This document shows, piece after piece, positions 1 to 12,557 of a DNA stretch of 64,000 nucleotides. Made by a program: the position numbers and the translations under genes. The DNA is taken from contig OZ024742.1 of assembly GCA_964016885.1 (NCBI GenBank), positions 344,472,001 through 344,536,000 of the forward strand. Reading direction: 5' to 3'. A model generated the notes under the pieces. It saw nothing but the letters and a program-made list of their open reading frames with translations, ran no database searches and had not been told where the DNA came from. The first letter of the stretch is position 1. Every line of letters starts with the position of its first letter. The stretch comes from Eledone cirrhosa (lineage: Eukaryota).

Positions 1-194
1 CTGCCCATATACTAAGGAAGATTCTGTCAATATAAGTACATCACAAGTCTAAACACCTAAAGATGCATGTGTGAGTATGTATGTTCTTTCTTGAACATGG
101 CGGACCTTGTTGTCTCTTGAGGTCACTGGTTGTGACTTGGCGATAACTCGTATGAACATAAAGCAAGATAAATGCAGCTGTAATAATAATGATA

Positions 195-334
195 ATAATA
201 ATTTTTTCTACGTTAGGCACGAGGCCAGCAATTATCCAGTGTATTACTGGTATTTTATTTTATCGACCCTGTAAGGATGAAAGGCAAAGTTAATAATAAT
301 AATAATTGTTTCTACTTTAGGCACAAGGCCAGCA
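195..334 (-). mobile_element. SINE fragments (3' tail and body)
   Basis: TTTCTAC(G/T)TTAGGCAC(G/A)AGGCCAGCAAT occurs twice (~205, ~308). TACTGG...TATCGACCC...GGATGAAAGGCAAAGT is the reverse complement of the repeat at 6815-6900. Confidence 0.5.
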
Positions 335-603
335 ATAATAATAATAATGATTTCATTTATTGGCCACAAGGGCCGACATATAGGGGACAATACAAAAGAC
401 TGGGACAGTAGGGTTTTACAGAAAAATCGAGTAAACAATATGAATAACAATAACAAAGTAACAAGAAAATTACAACAAGAAAAAATTTCCCAATAGGGGG
501 GATGACCACCCAGAGTTCGCTCAGGTACCCCGCCAATCCTGAACGACCCGACGCTTCGAGAGCACCCTGGAAGGGCACCCCTCTCCTCCTCAAATTTACC
601 TAC

Positions 604-3582
604 CTACAGCTGCATGACCAGAGTAGACCCACTCACACGGGCCATTCTCGCCACATTCACCCACCATTCAGCAAATGTACTGGGGGGCAGCACTACTCTC
701 TCCACCCTCACCTTCCTTTCCAAGTGAAACTTGAAAAAGTTGATGAGGGATTGGCCGAAGAGAAAAGTGTCTTCAGTCCTTTCAACCTCGTCCACCATAC
801 AACCTCTTTCGCTACTGCCATCAGACAGAGGAAAATTGTCTGCCCTTCCTGGCCAAAAGAAGGCGGCGGGTCGATCTTCAATATGGACTCGGCCGATAGC
901 CGGATCCGTTCTACACGCGACAACAGCTGTTCAACATAACTCCACAAGTTAGTAATGCACGGACACTGGACGAGTGCGTGCAGAACGGTTTCGTCGCTCT
1001 GCGCGCATCTCGGGCAGGTCCGTCTGACAGCACTTCCTTGCCTGTAGAGTTTATCTCGAACCGGCAGTGCCCCCCGGTAGCACTGCCAAGCGAGGGATTT
1101 TTGGAAATTATCCATCGTCTCCGGCTCGAAAGTCCTCCGGTACAGACTGGTTAGTTCGACTTCGTTGACTCCCAGAGCCTCTGCTAGTGCGTCGTATCAC
1201 TTGCCCACCACTAATCCTCTATAGAACTCGAGAGTGGAAGTTCCACTGACCTCATTGCCCGCCTGGTAGAGGGCAGTGAGTCCCTGGCAACATTCCAGAT
1301 GCCAGTCACCCAGTCTCGGTCTCTTCTTGACCCAGGACTGCAGCTCAGTCAAAGAAACGAGCCGCGGAAAGGCCCGTCTGACAAATGGCGACCACACCGG
1401 TTCACCGTTTAGGCAGAATATCTGGAGATGCCGCAGCCTCAGCGCGTGCCTGTGCATCATTAGCCACGGCATGCCCAGCCCTCCACGTAGAGGGTGCTGG
1501 CAGCAGATGGACCACCTCACCAGAATTTGAAGAGGAGCCGCTCCAAGATGGCGAGGCGCGAACGGGGGCAAGGGACGACAGTCAGACGGTAGTAGATGAC
1601 GGACGCGATGTACGCGTTCGCCACCTCCGCCCGTCCTTTCAGTGATAGCTTCATCCCAGCCCATTTCTGGGTGAGACTGGCTACCCTGCCTGTCACCTCG
1701 TCCCAATTCTTATCCACCTGGAGGTCTGGCCCAAACCAAACTCCGAGCAACTTTACCGGTACGTCCGTCCAGCGCCTAACGACGCTGTTGGACAGCATGG
1801 ACTTGCCTCTCCAGGTGCCGAGTTGCAAGCCCACCGACTTTTTCCGGGTTAAGTTTTGCTCCCGTCAACCTTCCATATTCCTCCAATAAGTTACAGACCA
1901 CCTCGATTTCTGAGGTGTCCGACACCATCACGGTGATGTCGTCCGCATAAGCCGACACAAGCTTTCCGCGTCCCGGTTCGAGCGGGATGCCCTGCTTCCG
2001 CAGTAAAGACTCGAGAGTCAATACGTACAGAAGGGAGGAGAGAGGGCCCCCTTGACGTACCAATCGGAGACCTGAAACGGTTCCGAGAGGTGGCCATTAA
2101 TTTTGACCATCGAGCAGGGGCCGCTGTGCATTGCAGCGATCCAGCTTCTGAAGACGGGGCCGAAGCCAGCCTTGAGGACAGCCTCCAGGTACCGATGGTC
2201 GACCCTATGGAATGCTTTCAATTGATCAGAATTGATCAGAGCCCCACCAAAGCCAGGTTTACACCCTACTCTCTCTATGATGTATCGCATTAGTTGGAGG
2301 TTGTCGAGTATGGACCTGGTTGAGATTGCGCAAGTTTGCGCCTCCCCAACCAAATTCCCGAAGACAAGCGCCAATCTCTTCGCTAACACCCTGGCTAAAA
2401 TCTTAAACTCTGTGTTGAGCAGAGTTATGGGCCTGAAATTGTCTAATGTGTCCCTCTTGTTCTCGTCTTTCCTTATCAGCGTCACTACACCCCGGCTGAC
2501 AGAACTGGGAATACTCCCGTTTTGCTGCCAGTTGCCATAGACGGTCGAGGAGATTGGAGAACAAGTCTGGCATATTTACGTAAAGCTCGTAGGGCAGACC
2601 ATCCAAACCGGGTGACTTGCCACTACCAATAGCCTCGTCTAACTTATCTACCAACTCCCCCTCCTTTCTATTTTTCTCTAACGCTACTTCTTTGCTAAGC
2701 TCTATCGACATTACGCTAATCTCTCTTTTGAGAGCCCCCGCCCCCCATCTATTGTTGACGACTCACCCTGTCAACTTTTTCTTAACTAAATTGTTGACCT
2801 GATCCCTGTAAGCCTTACGTGCCGGAAATGACATGTTTAGCTTCCAGTAACCAGGTCCTAACCTACGCGTCTTATCTAGGTCGACCATATAGATCACAAA
2901 CTTGTGATCTGAATAGGCGACCGTTTTAAAACGTGGACAGCTTACACTATTTCGGTCTATTTTCCTAATGAATATCCTGTCTATATACGATCTAGATGAC
3001 TCTATGCGGTTAGCCGAGGTCCACACAGGCGCATTAGGGAAATCTAGTCGGTACCTGTCAGACAGTTGGAACTGGCTGATCAGGTTCTTGAGGCTTTTGC
3101 ACCCCCCGCTCCTATCGGATACTCCCACACAGTCCCAGCGTGCGTCTAAGATGCCGTTCCATTCCCCGCTAACAGTAAAGGGCGAGACGTGCCCAGAAAG
3201 GCTTCCAGACGTCTAAAGATGTCCGGCCGTCCTGCCCCAGTAGGAGCATAGACGGCCACCAGTCTAAAGGCACCACCTTCGTTATTGTTCACGTTCAGGA
3301 CCACCAACTTCCCACCCGGGTCCCGGAAGATCGACCTTACCTCGAGATCCAGGCCTTTCCTAAACAGCACTGCCACCCCGCCTCCCATTCCCAGCCGGCT
3401 AACAGATGCAAAGATGTGATAGTCATCGAAAATGGGGGCTAGTGCGCGCGTGTCGGAAATCCTGGTTTCGCTGACTGCAATTACATCCATTCTAGAGACC
3501 TGAGGTCATTGAGCAGGTGACCCTGCTTCCAGGACGATCCCAGGCCTCGAACATTTAAACATCCTACTCTTAATACGGCCAT
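604..3582 (-). pseudogene. Tx1-like ORF2 (AP endonuclease + reverse transcriptase + C-terminal Cys motif), frameshifted and internally deleted
   Basis: Starts MAVLRVGCLNVRGLG (ATG at 3582). Motifs: VIAVSETR, VAVYAP, SYIDRIF, YSDH, GYWKLN, KSPGLDGLP, NFRPITLLN, VRQGGPLS, AYADD, CPRC..ETVLHALVQC. The motifs lie in several frames. Confidence 0.9.
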
Positions 3583-3617
3583 GTTGAAGGTTAAAAAGAG
3601 AGAGAGGAAAGGTTTAC

Positions 3618-5534
3618 TTACCTTCCGGGCTCTTGTGAAGGTCGGGTTGTTCGATCTCCATAGTTGGTGGGGTTTCTTTTGGGAACCCTTTTAAAAGTCT
3701 TGAAGTTGGTTTTACGTTCGGGGTTCCCTCGTCCTGAGGAAAGCTGTCTCGTATTTCGTTGTATTTTCGATCGACATTCGCACCAGAACCAAATCTTCCG
3801 GCACGCGAAATGTGCTCGATTTAAAAATTTCCCCCTCTTTTTGTATATTTTCACTTCGTGCTACGAGGGCCATCAGTTCCTTCTTGGCCCTCCTGACGAG
3901 CACAAAGTTTTGTATGTTTTGTTGGTGTGATTTTATTTGTTTGCGTGGCTGTGGTGGTGATGGTTTTGGTGGTGTTGTTTCGGTTGTGTCTATGTTTGCT
4001 GTGAGTGCGGTGTCTGTGGTTACAGATGTTTGTGTGTATATTTGTTCTTGCGTCTGTTTAGGTTGTTTGCGTTTGGGGGATTCTGTTGATGGTGATGGTG
4101 GTGTTGATTTGGTGTTATTGGAGAGATGTTTGCGTGGGTGGTGTCTACGTTTTTTATTGTGGGTGATTTTGTGCTTTGTTGGGTTTTTCTTTTCTTTTTG
4201 TGTTTCCTTTTTTGTATTTTGGGGGATTTTGGTTTTCCCTCATCTTCACTACTGGTAGATGAAGGGTTTGTGTCTGTAAGTATGTGTGTATGTATGTTTA
4301 TGGTTTTATTGGTGTGTGTATTTTGGGGGGAGGGGGAATTTGACAGCTTTCCTCGTTTCCCCCCTGGGTGGTCAATGTTGGTGGTGGTCTTTCTATTGGT
4401 GTTGTTGTTGGTAGTTTTGCCGGTGCTGGTGTTGGTTGTGGTCATCGCCCCGGCGTCGGCAGCAGTGGAGCCTTTAGAACCCTTGCCTCTTTCAGCAGTT
4501 GAGGGCAGAAGGCTCGCAAATGGGTTTTTTCCCCACAAACAAAACACTGCGGCCTTTTGCCTTCGGTCATAATGTGAATGACCGTCCCATTCTGAAGGCG
4601 GATGTGGTCCGGAATTGTCTTCACATTCTCGGGCCTGATCTGGAGAAGGATCTCCAGGTCAACCCCGGACCAGTCCTCTCTGGCCGTTCTGGTCACTTCT
4701 ATAGGGACGGTATCCGTCCCCTCCACAATCACACATCCCAAAAGCCACCACATGTCAAGTCCTGGTGGGATTCTGGGAATGCGGAGACGGGCCGTACTTT
4801 TTTCCCATGTGGGAGGGGTACATTATGACCTTGCTGGTTTTGCAAGGAGTCATAGCGTGTTTCATAGCGAGGGCTTCTGATTTGCACCTCAGCGCGACTT
4901 CGACATCTTCTTGTGGGATTAAAGCTGCCTTTATGGTTTGTGCTAAGATGCATCTATAATGCACCGTTCTGCGCTCCACTGCCTCAATAGCTTCTACCGG
5001 GACAGTTAAGTTGGCCCAGGTTTGCTCTTGCTTGATGAGCTTCCATGCCTGGCCCAACTTTTCATCTTTGTTTGAGAGGTCCATGTTGAAGCATGGCCTC
5101 TTTTTTGCTGCTGCCGCAGCGAAAATGTTCTTCTTGTTTTCGTTGGGGGTTTTGTTGTCGTTGTCGTTGTTCTTGTTGGTGTTGTTGTTATCACTGTCGC
5201 TGTTATCATTGTTGTCTTTGTTGCCACCGTTGTTCTAGGTGCAGTTGGTATTGTTGCTGTTGGTGTTGTCGCTATTTGTTTTCATGTTAGTGGTATTGAT
5301 ATTGTTGTTGCATTTGTTATTTTTTTTTTTGTTAACTGTATTTTCGTTGTCGCTGTTACTGTCATTTTTTTCAAAATTAGAGTTCTCATTGGTATCATTG
5401 GTGTCTTTGTTTACCTTGTTTGTGGTGGTGTTTTTGTTATCAATTTGTTTTAATTTCTCTGTAGCGCTCCTCTCAACTTCTCCGTCGTTGTGGCACGACA
5501 GCAGACATATCGCTGGGGGGAGTGGCTCAGCCAT
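3618..5534 (-). pseudogene. Tx1-like ORF1 (gag-like, zinc knuckle), frameshifted
   Basis: CFVCGEKTHLRAFC (CX2CX4HX4C) at ~4510-4550, Asn/Thr/Lys low-complexity segments, and position directly upstream of ORF2. Confidence 0.75.
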
Positions 5535-6223
5535 GTTTTTTTTTCTCCGTAAATTTTTTTAACATGTAAAAAAAAGTTCAAATATTCGGGCCAAAAGGCC
5601 CAAATATTATACTTTCCCCTTGACAGGGCAAAGTCTAGGGGCTTATATCCCTTACACAACGAGAAATATTTAACAACAAATAATTTTAACAGGCAAATAA
5701 AGCGACTTATTGGGATTAGACCAATACGTCCGATTAGACCAATAATAATAATAATAATAATACACTATTAATAATTATTAATTAATGCAATCGTGCAATG
5801 CCTGTGCGTGACGAATTTTTTTTAAAGTGTGGAAAGACTGTGCACTGAGCCAATCCCACTCTTTGAGCGACAGTAGCTATAACCCGAAAAAAAGAACAGA
5901 TCAACATCATCGGTAACTACTGAGCCGCAGGTTTTATGTCGGAGTTAACCCAGTTTCCTGAGATGCATTCTCCTAGAAGAATGCCCTGAGAAGGGCTAGG
6001 TGTTCTTCACTCCCAGTGGTTCAACGGCGCGATCGGGTATCCAGCCCGATTATTTCTATGTCCCCGCGCATAAAAAAAAACTCACTTATTGACACTTATA
6101 CGTACGACATACACACACGCGCACGCGCACACATACATACGCGCGCACACACCAACACTCATACATACAAACAAACACACACACGCTACTCACTTACACA
6201 CACACACACACATATATATATAT

Positions 6224-6680
6224 ACTATCAGATGTACCCGGCGTTGCTCGGGATATGAATGACAGCCTTTTTGTCCGTATAAAGAGAGCCAAGGGTTGAG
6301 CAAAGAATTGAAATGTAATTGTAAAAAAAAATTAACAAAATGGGTGTCCAGTGACATGATTGAGTGAAATAAACGGCAACATAAAAACAATTCATGGGGT
6401 AGCTTGAGTTAATTGACGTGAATGATTTCAGGTCCGGCCTTGCTGTAGTAGGTATGAGTAAGGGGATAAAATGGAATAGACGCACCGTATGTCCTTCAGT
6501 AGACTAAACCCTATGCGTAAGATGGCGCTGCCACTACCACGTTGACCATCCACTGGACATAGAAATATCATTCCTTGAAGCAAATCGGCCTAGTACTTCA
6601 AAAGTTAAAAGGAGCCTAGTATTTGTATACAGACAGACAGACAGACACACACACAGACCGACTTGCTTTTATATATATAT
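6224..6680 (-). mobile_element. Non-autonomous Helitron-like element (Lep1-like architecture)
   Basis: The minus strand starts ATATATATAAAAGCAAG followed by a (CTGT)n microsatellite. It ends with the hairpin CCCG-AGCAACGC-CGGG and then ...GATAG (CTAG-like). Confidence 0.55.
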
Positions 6681-6814
6681 ATTACCGTCATTACTGATAC
6701 AAGATTACAAGATTATGTCAACTGTTGACTTTCAAGAGTTCGTATAGTTGAAGCCGTTCGTGTTACAGTTCAGTATTATTATAATTGCTTTACAGCATAG
6801 AGCTATGGATCTCC

Positions 6815-6905
6815 ACGCTCTGAGCTCAAATCCCGCTGAGGTCAACCTTGCCTTTCATCCCCACGGAGTCAACAAAAGAAAGCACCAGTAATGCGCTGGG
6901 ACAGT
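6815..6905 (+). mobile_element. SINE fragment
   Basis: Box-B-like GAGCTCAAATCCC, then GAGGTCAACCTTGCCTTTCATCC. Related pieces occur at 245-290 (minus) and 7425-7495. Confidence 0.55.
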
Positions 6906-7189
6906 CGCTGGCTCCGTGCCAAAAGCAGAAAAATTATTATTAAAGTTGTTGTTTTCTTAAGGCCCGGTCGCTGGTGGTGGTGGCAGTTGATGTTGTTGTT
7001 GTGTTGTGTGTGTGCGTTTTGTTATTTTGAGTTTTTTGTTGTTTTTTTTTGTTTTATACATACATGCATACATACATAAATGCATGCAAACATACATATA
7101 CACATACATACACACATACATATATATATATATATATGCTTTTCTGTGTATAAAAACGTATGTATGTATATTTATGTATTTGTATGTAT

Positions 7190-7420
7190 ATATGCAAATG
7201 AGGCTATTCAGCCGATTTATACCTCAGAAAATACTATATATTTTCAACCGTTCAACAGATTGGCAGGGAAGTAATCAGTCCTGATGAAGGGTAATGACTC
7301 ACACACATGTTGATTGTTCCTCAACAAACGGATGACGATTGGTCATCAGCACAGCACAGCTTTATCGGGTCGTTTGCTTGCGAACAAACCGAATATCATT
7401 ATTAATGTTCGATATGCCTT
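7190..7420 (+). mobile_element. Old diverged relative of retrozyme family A with decayed hammerhead (7273-7315)
   Basis: Shares ATGCAAAT-GAGGCTATTCAGCCG, AACAAACGG and AACAAACCGA..AATGTTCG with family A. It keeps CTGATGA and a palindromic ACATGT, but GAAA is lost. Confidence 0.55.
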
Positions 7421-7713
7421 GACGCATAGAGTTACGGCCCTTGCCATTCTGAATTCAAATCCCGCCGAGGGATCGATAAAATATAGTACCAGTAATACAT
7501 TTATCATATATGATAATCATATTACGTAATTATTTATAGCTGTTATTACATTAAACATAGATGTATTTATTGTAATATTTTTATAAAGGATTCCACAGAA
7601 TGTACGATAGATAATGATTACAATATTTTTGAGTAACAACTCTAGTCCCACACTTTTGAAGGTTTATTATAACATTCTGTGGCTCTTTTGCGCTGGCGCA
7701 TTTTTCATGTCTA

Positions 7714-7771
<58 letters not shown>

Positions 7772-8068
7772 TCAGCGAGAATCGCATTTCGGCGGGTAGA
7801 AAAATCGAAACGCAATGCAAATTCCGAGTCATGCTGGCAAGCGCTCCATGGGCTAAAAGAGACCAGAGCAATAAACATAGGTTATAAAGGCCATACAAAC
7901 TGAGAAGGCGGTCAAGAAGCCATTAACCACCTAAAAAAAAAAAAACGAGTCAATAATAACGGGCCAGACAAAATAAATGACATATTCACCCGGACCCTTG
8001 GAATTGATGGTATAATCCAGTACAGTGTTTCTGCGACACCTAAATCAATAATACTGTCTGCTTAAAAC

Positions 8069-8714
8069 AATAAGCTTTTTGGTATAATGATCGAACGAGG
8101 AATATCACGTTATCAACGGGTATTTTGTTCTGCGACAGTGTTATGGATGACACAGTGTTTTGTAAAAGCTCATGTGTAAATCACAGGGGGAAACACCCCA
8201 GATATTGGCAAATGAATTCAGTATGTGTAAATCCATGTAAAACATTGCATAAACAGCACAAATAAGCTCTCAACCGGGTAGTTTTTAAAATAAACTTATG
8301 TAATTAATCAGTCAATAGAATTATTAACAGGTTAACTGTAAGACTCGGGAGATTAATAATATATACATATATACATATATTCTCCCGACTCTTACAATTA
8401 ACCTGTTAATAATTCTATTGACTGATTAATTACATAAGTTTATTTTAAAAACTACCCGGTTGAGAGCTTATTTGTGCTGTTTATGCAATTTTTTACATGG
8501 ATTTACACATACTGAATTCATTTGCCAATATCTGGGGTGTTTCCCCCTGTGATTTACACATACTGAATTCATTTGCCAATATCTGGGGTGTTTCCCCCTG
8601 TGAGTTACACATGTGCTTTTACAAAACACTGTGTCTTCCACAACACTGACGCAGAACAAAATACCCGTTGATAACGTGATATTCCTCGTTCGATCATTAT
8701 ACCAAAGGCTTATT
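8069..8714. repeat. Long inverted repeat (arms 8069-8352 and 8381-8714) around a TA-rich spacer
   Basis: The arms are near-identical reverse complements. The right arm has a 51-bp tandem duplication (8501-8602). Confidence 0.95.
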
Positions 8715-9494
8715 TGACAAAAGGAAAAGAATGACTTCACATGTAGTTCTAAATAATTTGATTTAATTTTATAATAATATAATATTATGAGTTGGTAGAT
8801 CTAGTAAGTTCTTTGTTTACTTCGGTGGGAAGAATTTTAAAGATTCCTGGTTAACTTTCTTGGAGAACTTTCTCGCATTCGCCGATGGCGGTGGCGATTG
8901 TAAAATTGAGATCAGAGAGATTTGGATGTGTCTGGGGTGTGGTGTTAATGAGTGTGGGAGTGAAGGAGTGTTGATGAAGATTTAAAGGAATTAAATCATA
9001 CACGCACACACACACAGAGAAAATGATGAAGGTTGACAGCAAGATAAGTGTTTAAGAAAGGAGCTGTGAAAGTCCCCTCCTGCTGGTTCCATTTCAATAA
9101 ATGACTATTGATGAATATAATGGCAGGATGTTTTTCAAATTCGTTTCTTATAGCTGAATCAACTCTCTTAAATTTCTAAAGAATACCTTCAACAATTCTC
9201 TATATTAAAGATGAATTTAGGTGTGTGCCTGGTGGTGGTGGTGGTGGGTTATTGAGGTGTAAGATACATGTCTTTTGATAAGAATGGGATGACAGCAAAG
9301 AGAAGAATAAGGATAGTTTGGGAATATTTGTCAGAAATGTATGTTGTTGATATTGGTTTGGAAGGGGAAGTGTGTGTGTGGGGGGGGGGGGAGGCTCACA
9401 TATTCACTTCCCTATATGTAAATATACTTATAGCCCATATATATATTATATACATACCTGTATTATATTATATACATACCTGTATATACATACC

Positions 9495-9830
9495 TTTCTA
9501 TGAAAGATGGGTGAAAGTGGCGAGAATGGCCCGTGTGAATGGGCCTTCACTCTACATCAGACTATAGGTGAGGAAGATGAAAGACCAAGGGAGCACCCCT
9601 TCTCTGTGCTCCTGAGGAGAAGGGTTGCACACTTTTTTCGGGGGTGTGTGCGACCCCCCAAGGCGCCTCCTCTCTATTGAGGACTTTGTTATAAATTTTA
9701 TTTTTTGTTATATTTTATTTTATTTTTATATATTGTTATTGCCTCCTCCTTATTGAGGACGCCTTTTTATGTAAACTCCCCCCGTTGTACTTGTCCCACT
9801 TTTGATGCCCTGGTGGCAAATAAAAGAAAC
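9495..9830 (+). mobile_element. 5'-truncated Tx1-like 3' end (second family)
   Basis: Encodes FYERWVKVARMARVNGPSLYIRL*, homologous to the ORF2 end of the first element (FAEWWVNVARMARVSGSTLVMQL*). The 3' end is GCCCTGGTGGCAAATAAAAGAAAC, and both flanks carry ATATATTATATACATACC. Confidence 0.85.
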
Positions 9831-10370
9831 ATATATATTATATACATACCCACACACATATACACACATACATACACATATATACACACATATATATACA
9901 CATATACATACGCACATATACACACACATATATATATACACACATACAAATACACATGCATACATATATATACATATATATATACACACATACACACATC
10001 TACACATATATGTACATACATACACATACATATAAACACACACACACACACGCATATATATACACACACACACATACACACGCACATACATACACATATA
10101 TTCATATATACACAATCACATGCACACCTACATATACACATGTACACATATCTGTACAACTACAGACATACATACAAACACATCTACACACACATACATG
10201 TATACACATCTACTCAAGTATTTAAGTTCACATATACATTGAGGTGGGAAAGGGGGAATTAATGAAATGTTAGTGTACCTCTGAGGGATTTTCTTCCCTT
10301 CAACGATCGAATGTTTGAAAGTACGGGTGTCAACTTCTATTTGGATAGATCTACCTACTCATAATAGACA

Positions 10371-10424
10371 TTGTAATGTTCACGCCATTTTTATTTTAAA
10401 ATAAAAATGGCGTAAACATTACAA
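10371..10424. repeat. 54-bp spacerless palindrome
   Basis: TTGTAATGTT(C)ACGCCATTTTTATTTT|AAAATAAAAATGGCGT(A)AACATTACAA, one mismatch. Confidence 0.9.
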
Positions 10425-10454
10425 TACAATACAATAAGAGGTAACATGATAATA

Positions 10455-10505
10455 GTACCACTGATGATGTTGCAGATGTGCAACGAAATAACATTGTTAG
10501 ACTAT
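10455..10505 (+). ncRNA. Hammerhead ribozyme-like motif abutting (TA)n
   Basis: CTGATGA-T-GTTGCA-gatg-TGCAAC-GAAA-TAAC-att-GTTA. The U of the cleavage triplet and stem I are imperfect. Confidence 0.55.
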
Positions 10506-10729
10506 ATATATATATTTATATTTGTATTTTTAACCGTTGGTCAGTCGATGATAAACATTGATTGCCAAATAAATTAACTATGGAGATATAAAATATACAG
10601 AAGCGAAAACCAATCAAACAGTGAGTGTGTTCTGTTATTATTCCTGCCAATATTATTACAACAATATGACCCTCCCCAAGTATAAAAATATTTGTTTCGA
10701 CACACGATTTCATATAAAAAACCTTGCAA

Positions 10730-10822
<93 letters not shown>

Positions 10823-11049
10823 TTGAAGACTAAAATAAAAAGAGGGCTCGATAAGGATAAATATATATCAAATATATAAGAACCGTAGAGCAAATATTTA
10901 TTAAAATAACAGATTAAAGTTTAAGCAAAGAATCGCTGCTTTCACCCTTAACGAGATCTTCTGAAACTAACAAAGTCAATCTGTAAACGCAGAAGTTTCA
11001 AAAAACGTTGCAACCGGCGGAAGACAGGAAGACGATTCTTTGGTTCGTG

Positions 11050-11320
11050 GAAACGTTCCCTGGCAAAGAACGGTAAAAACGAATATAATATGTCATTAAT
11101 AGGAGCGATGAAAAACAATTACGCGCAAAGACAGAACCACGTTTATGGTATAAAAGAGGTCGTAGACTAATATTCTCTTAGGTGGTTCATAGAGACGTTC
11201 TCTGGCAATGAACGAAAAAAACGAAGATAATACGTCATATGTGGATCGTGGAAAACAATTGCACGCAAAGACAAAACCACGTAAATGGTATAGCAGAAGT
11301 CGTAGACTAAAATTCTAACT
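11050..11320. repeat. Diverged ~141-bp tandem duplication
   Basis: GA(A/G)ACGTTC(C/T)CTGGCAA...GTCGTAGACTAA(T/A)ATTCT occurs twice. Confidence 0.8.
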
Positions 11321-11869
11321 AGGAGACCGAATGAATCTCCGCTTCAGAGTTAAGAATAAAGTAAATAAATACAATACAGAGGTAATAGAAATTAAATAAA
11401 TACATACATGCATACAAATACGTACATGCACAAACATACGCGTAAAGATTTACCATAGGTATACAAAACCACGCACATATAAATATGTGTGTGTGTGTGT
11501 GTGTGCGTGTATACAAATAAATAAATAATTAAAATAACGTAGATAAATAAATAAATACGTATATAACAAGCGCACACACATACCTACATGTAAATACACA
11601 AATGTTCGGAGAGTAAGTCAACCAAAACATGAAGTACACAACTACACACACCCTACATAGTACGAACCCGCATACTCACATAGACGCAAAACTCCCGTAT
11701 ACACATAACCAAACCATATGTACCAGAATATATAAAATTATACGCCATAACATATACAATCAAATATACGTACGAGAAAGTATACGTACCTTTACAAAAC
11801 ATACAGGTAATATATACTTACCTATGCAAATAAGTAATGGTATAAACAAAACATATACTTAGCTACCAC

Positions 11870-12182
11870 ATCAAGACGTAAAATATCCACGTATAGATCG
11901 TACTATCCGTTAGTGTATAACGTGGGGCTGTAATACAGGAAAGTTTTGTGCAATTTATGTTTACAAGCCGAAATTGCCTCAGATTTTTTGTTTAAGATGT
12001 GGTCTGTGGCGTAGAGTATTTCCTGGGCCTCAGCGGCGCAGAGGTCACATGGTCTTTTATTTCCGTTATACGATCTAGCCCTAGCTAGGATCTCCCAGTG
12101 TAACTTATATTGGGTGTGGTTGTCTTTTAGACTCCAAATATAAGCTGAGTACGATCTATACGTGGATATTTTACGTCTTGAT
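11870..12182. repeat. 313-bp segment bounded by 35-bp perfect inverted repeats (MITE/foldback-like)
   Basis: ATCAAGACGTAAAATATCCACGTATAGATCGTACT (11870-11904) and its exact reverse complement (12148-12182). No TSD is seen. Confidence 0.8.
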
Positions 12183-12286
12183 CCTAAATCCTAAATTTAT
12201 AAATTTAATTTATAATAGATTGAAGTGAAAGCAGCTGGTGCGTGTGTTTCTTATTGGCAACATGACCCACCCAAAGTATAACAATA

Positions 12287-12353
<67 letters not shown>

Positions 12354-12497
12354 GAGGTAGAACACTGGAAGGTCATATTCGTAGTGGTAGAGCACTCAGT
12401 CCATGAGACGAGTTTGGTAGTAGTAACACAACAGTTAGTTCACCATAACGAGAACAATTGTTTCACCTTAGTGGAGTCCGAGCTGAAGATCCGCAAC

Positions 12498-12547
<50 letters not shown>

Positions 12548-12557
12548 AAATGAGGTA

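Larger units (their letters stand above)
349..5742 (-). mobile_element. Near full-length, decayed L1-superfamily (Tx1-like) non-LTR retrotransposon inserted in an (AAT)n tract
   Basis: ORF1 has a CCHC knuckle, and ORF2 has APE, RT and a C-terminal Cys motif. The minus-strand 3' end GCCCTTGTGGCCAATAAATGAAATC runs into (ATT)n, and the 5' end abuts (AAT)n at ~5741. Confidence 0.9.

Noticed and set aside
3664-5562. Hydrophobic plus-strand ORFs resembling membrane proteins
   Set aside because: Antisense of the Asn/Thr/Lys low-complexity parts of Tx1 ORF1.
10930-10967. Minus-strand HHR-like CAGAAGA-TCTC-gttaa-GGGT-GAAA-GCAGC
   Set aside because: Core mutated, and no valid cleavage triplet or stem I. 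Possibly a fossil but not supportable.
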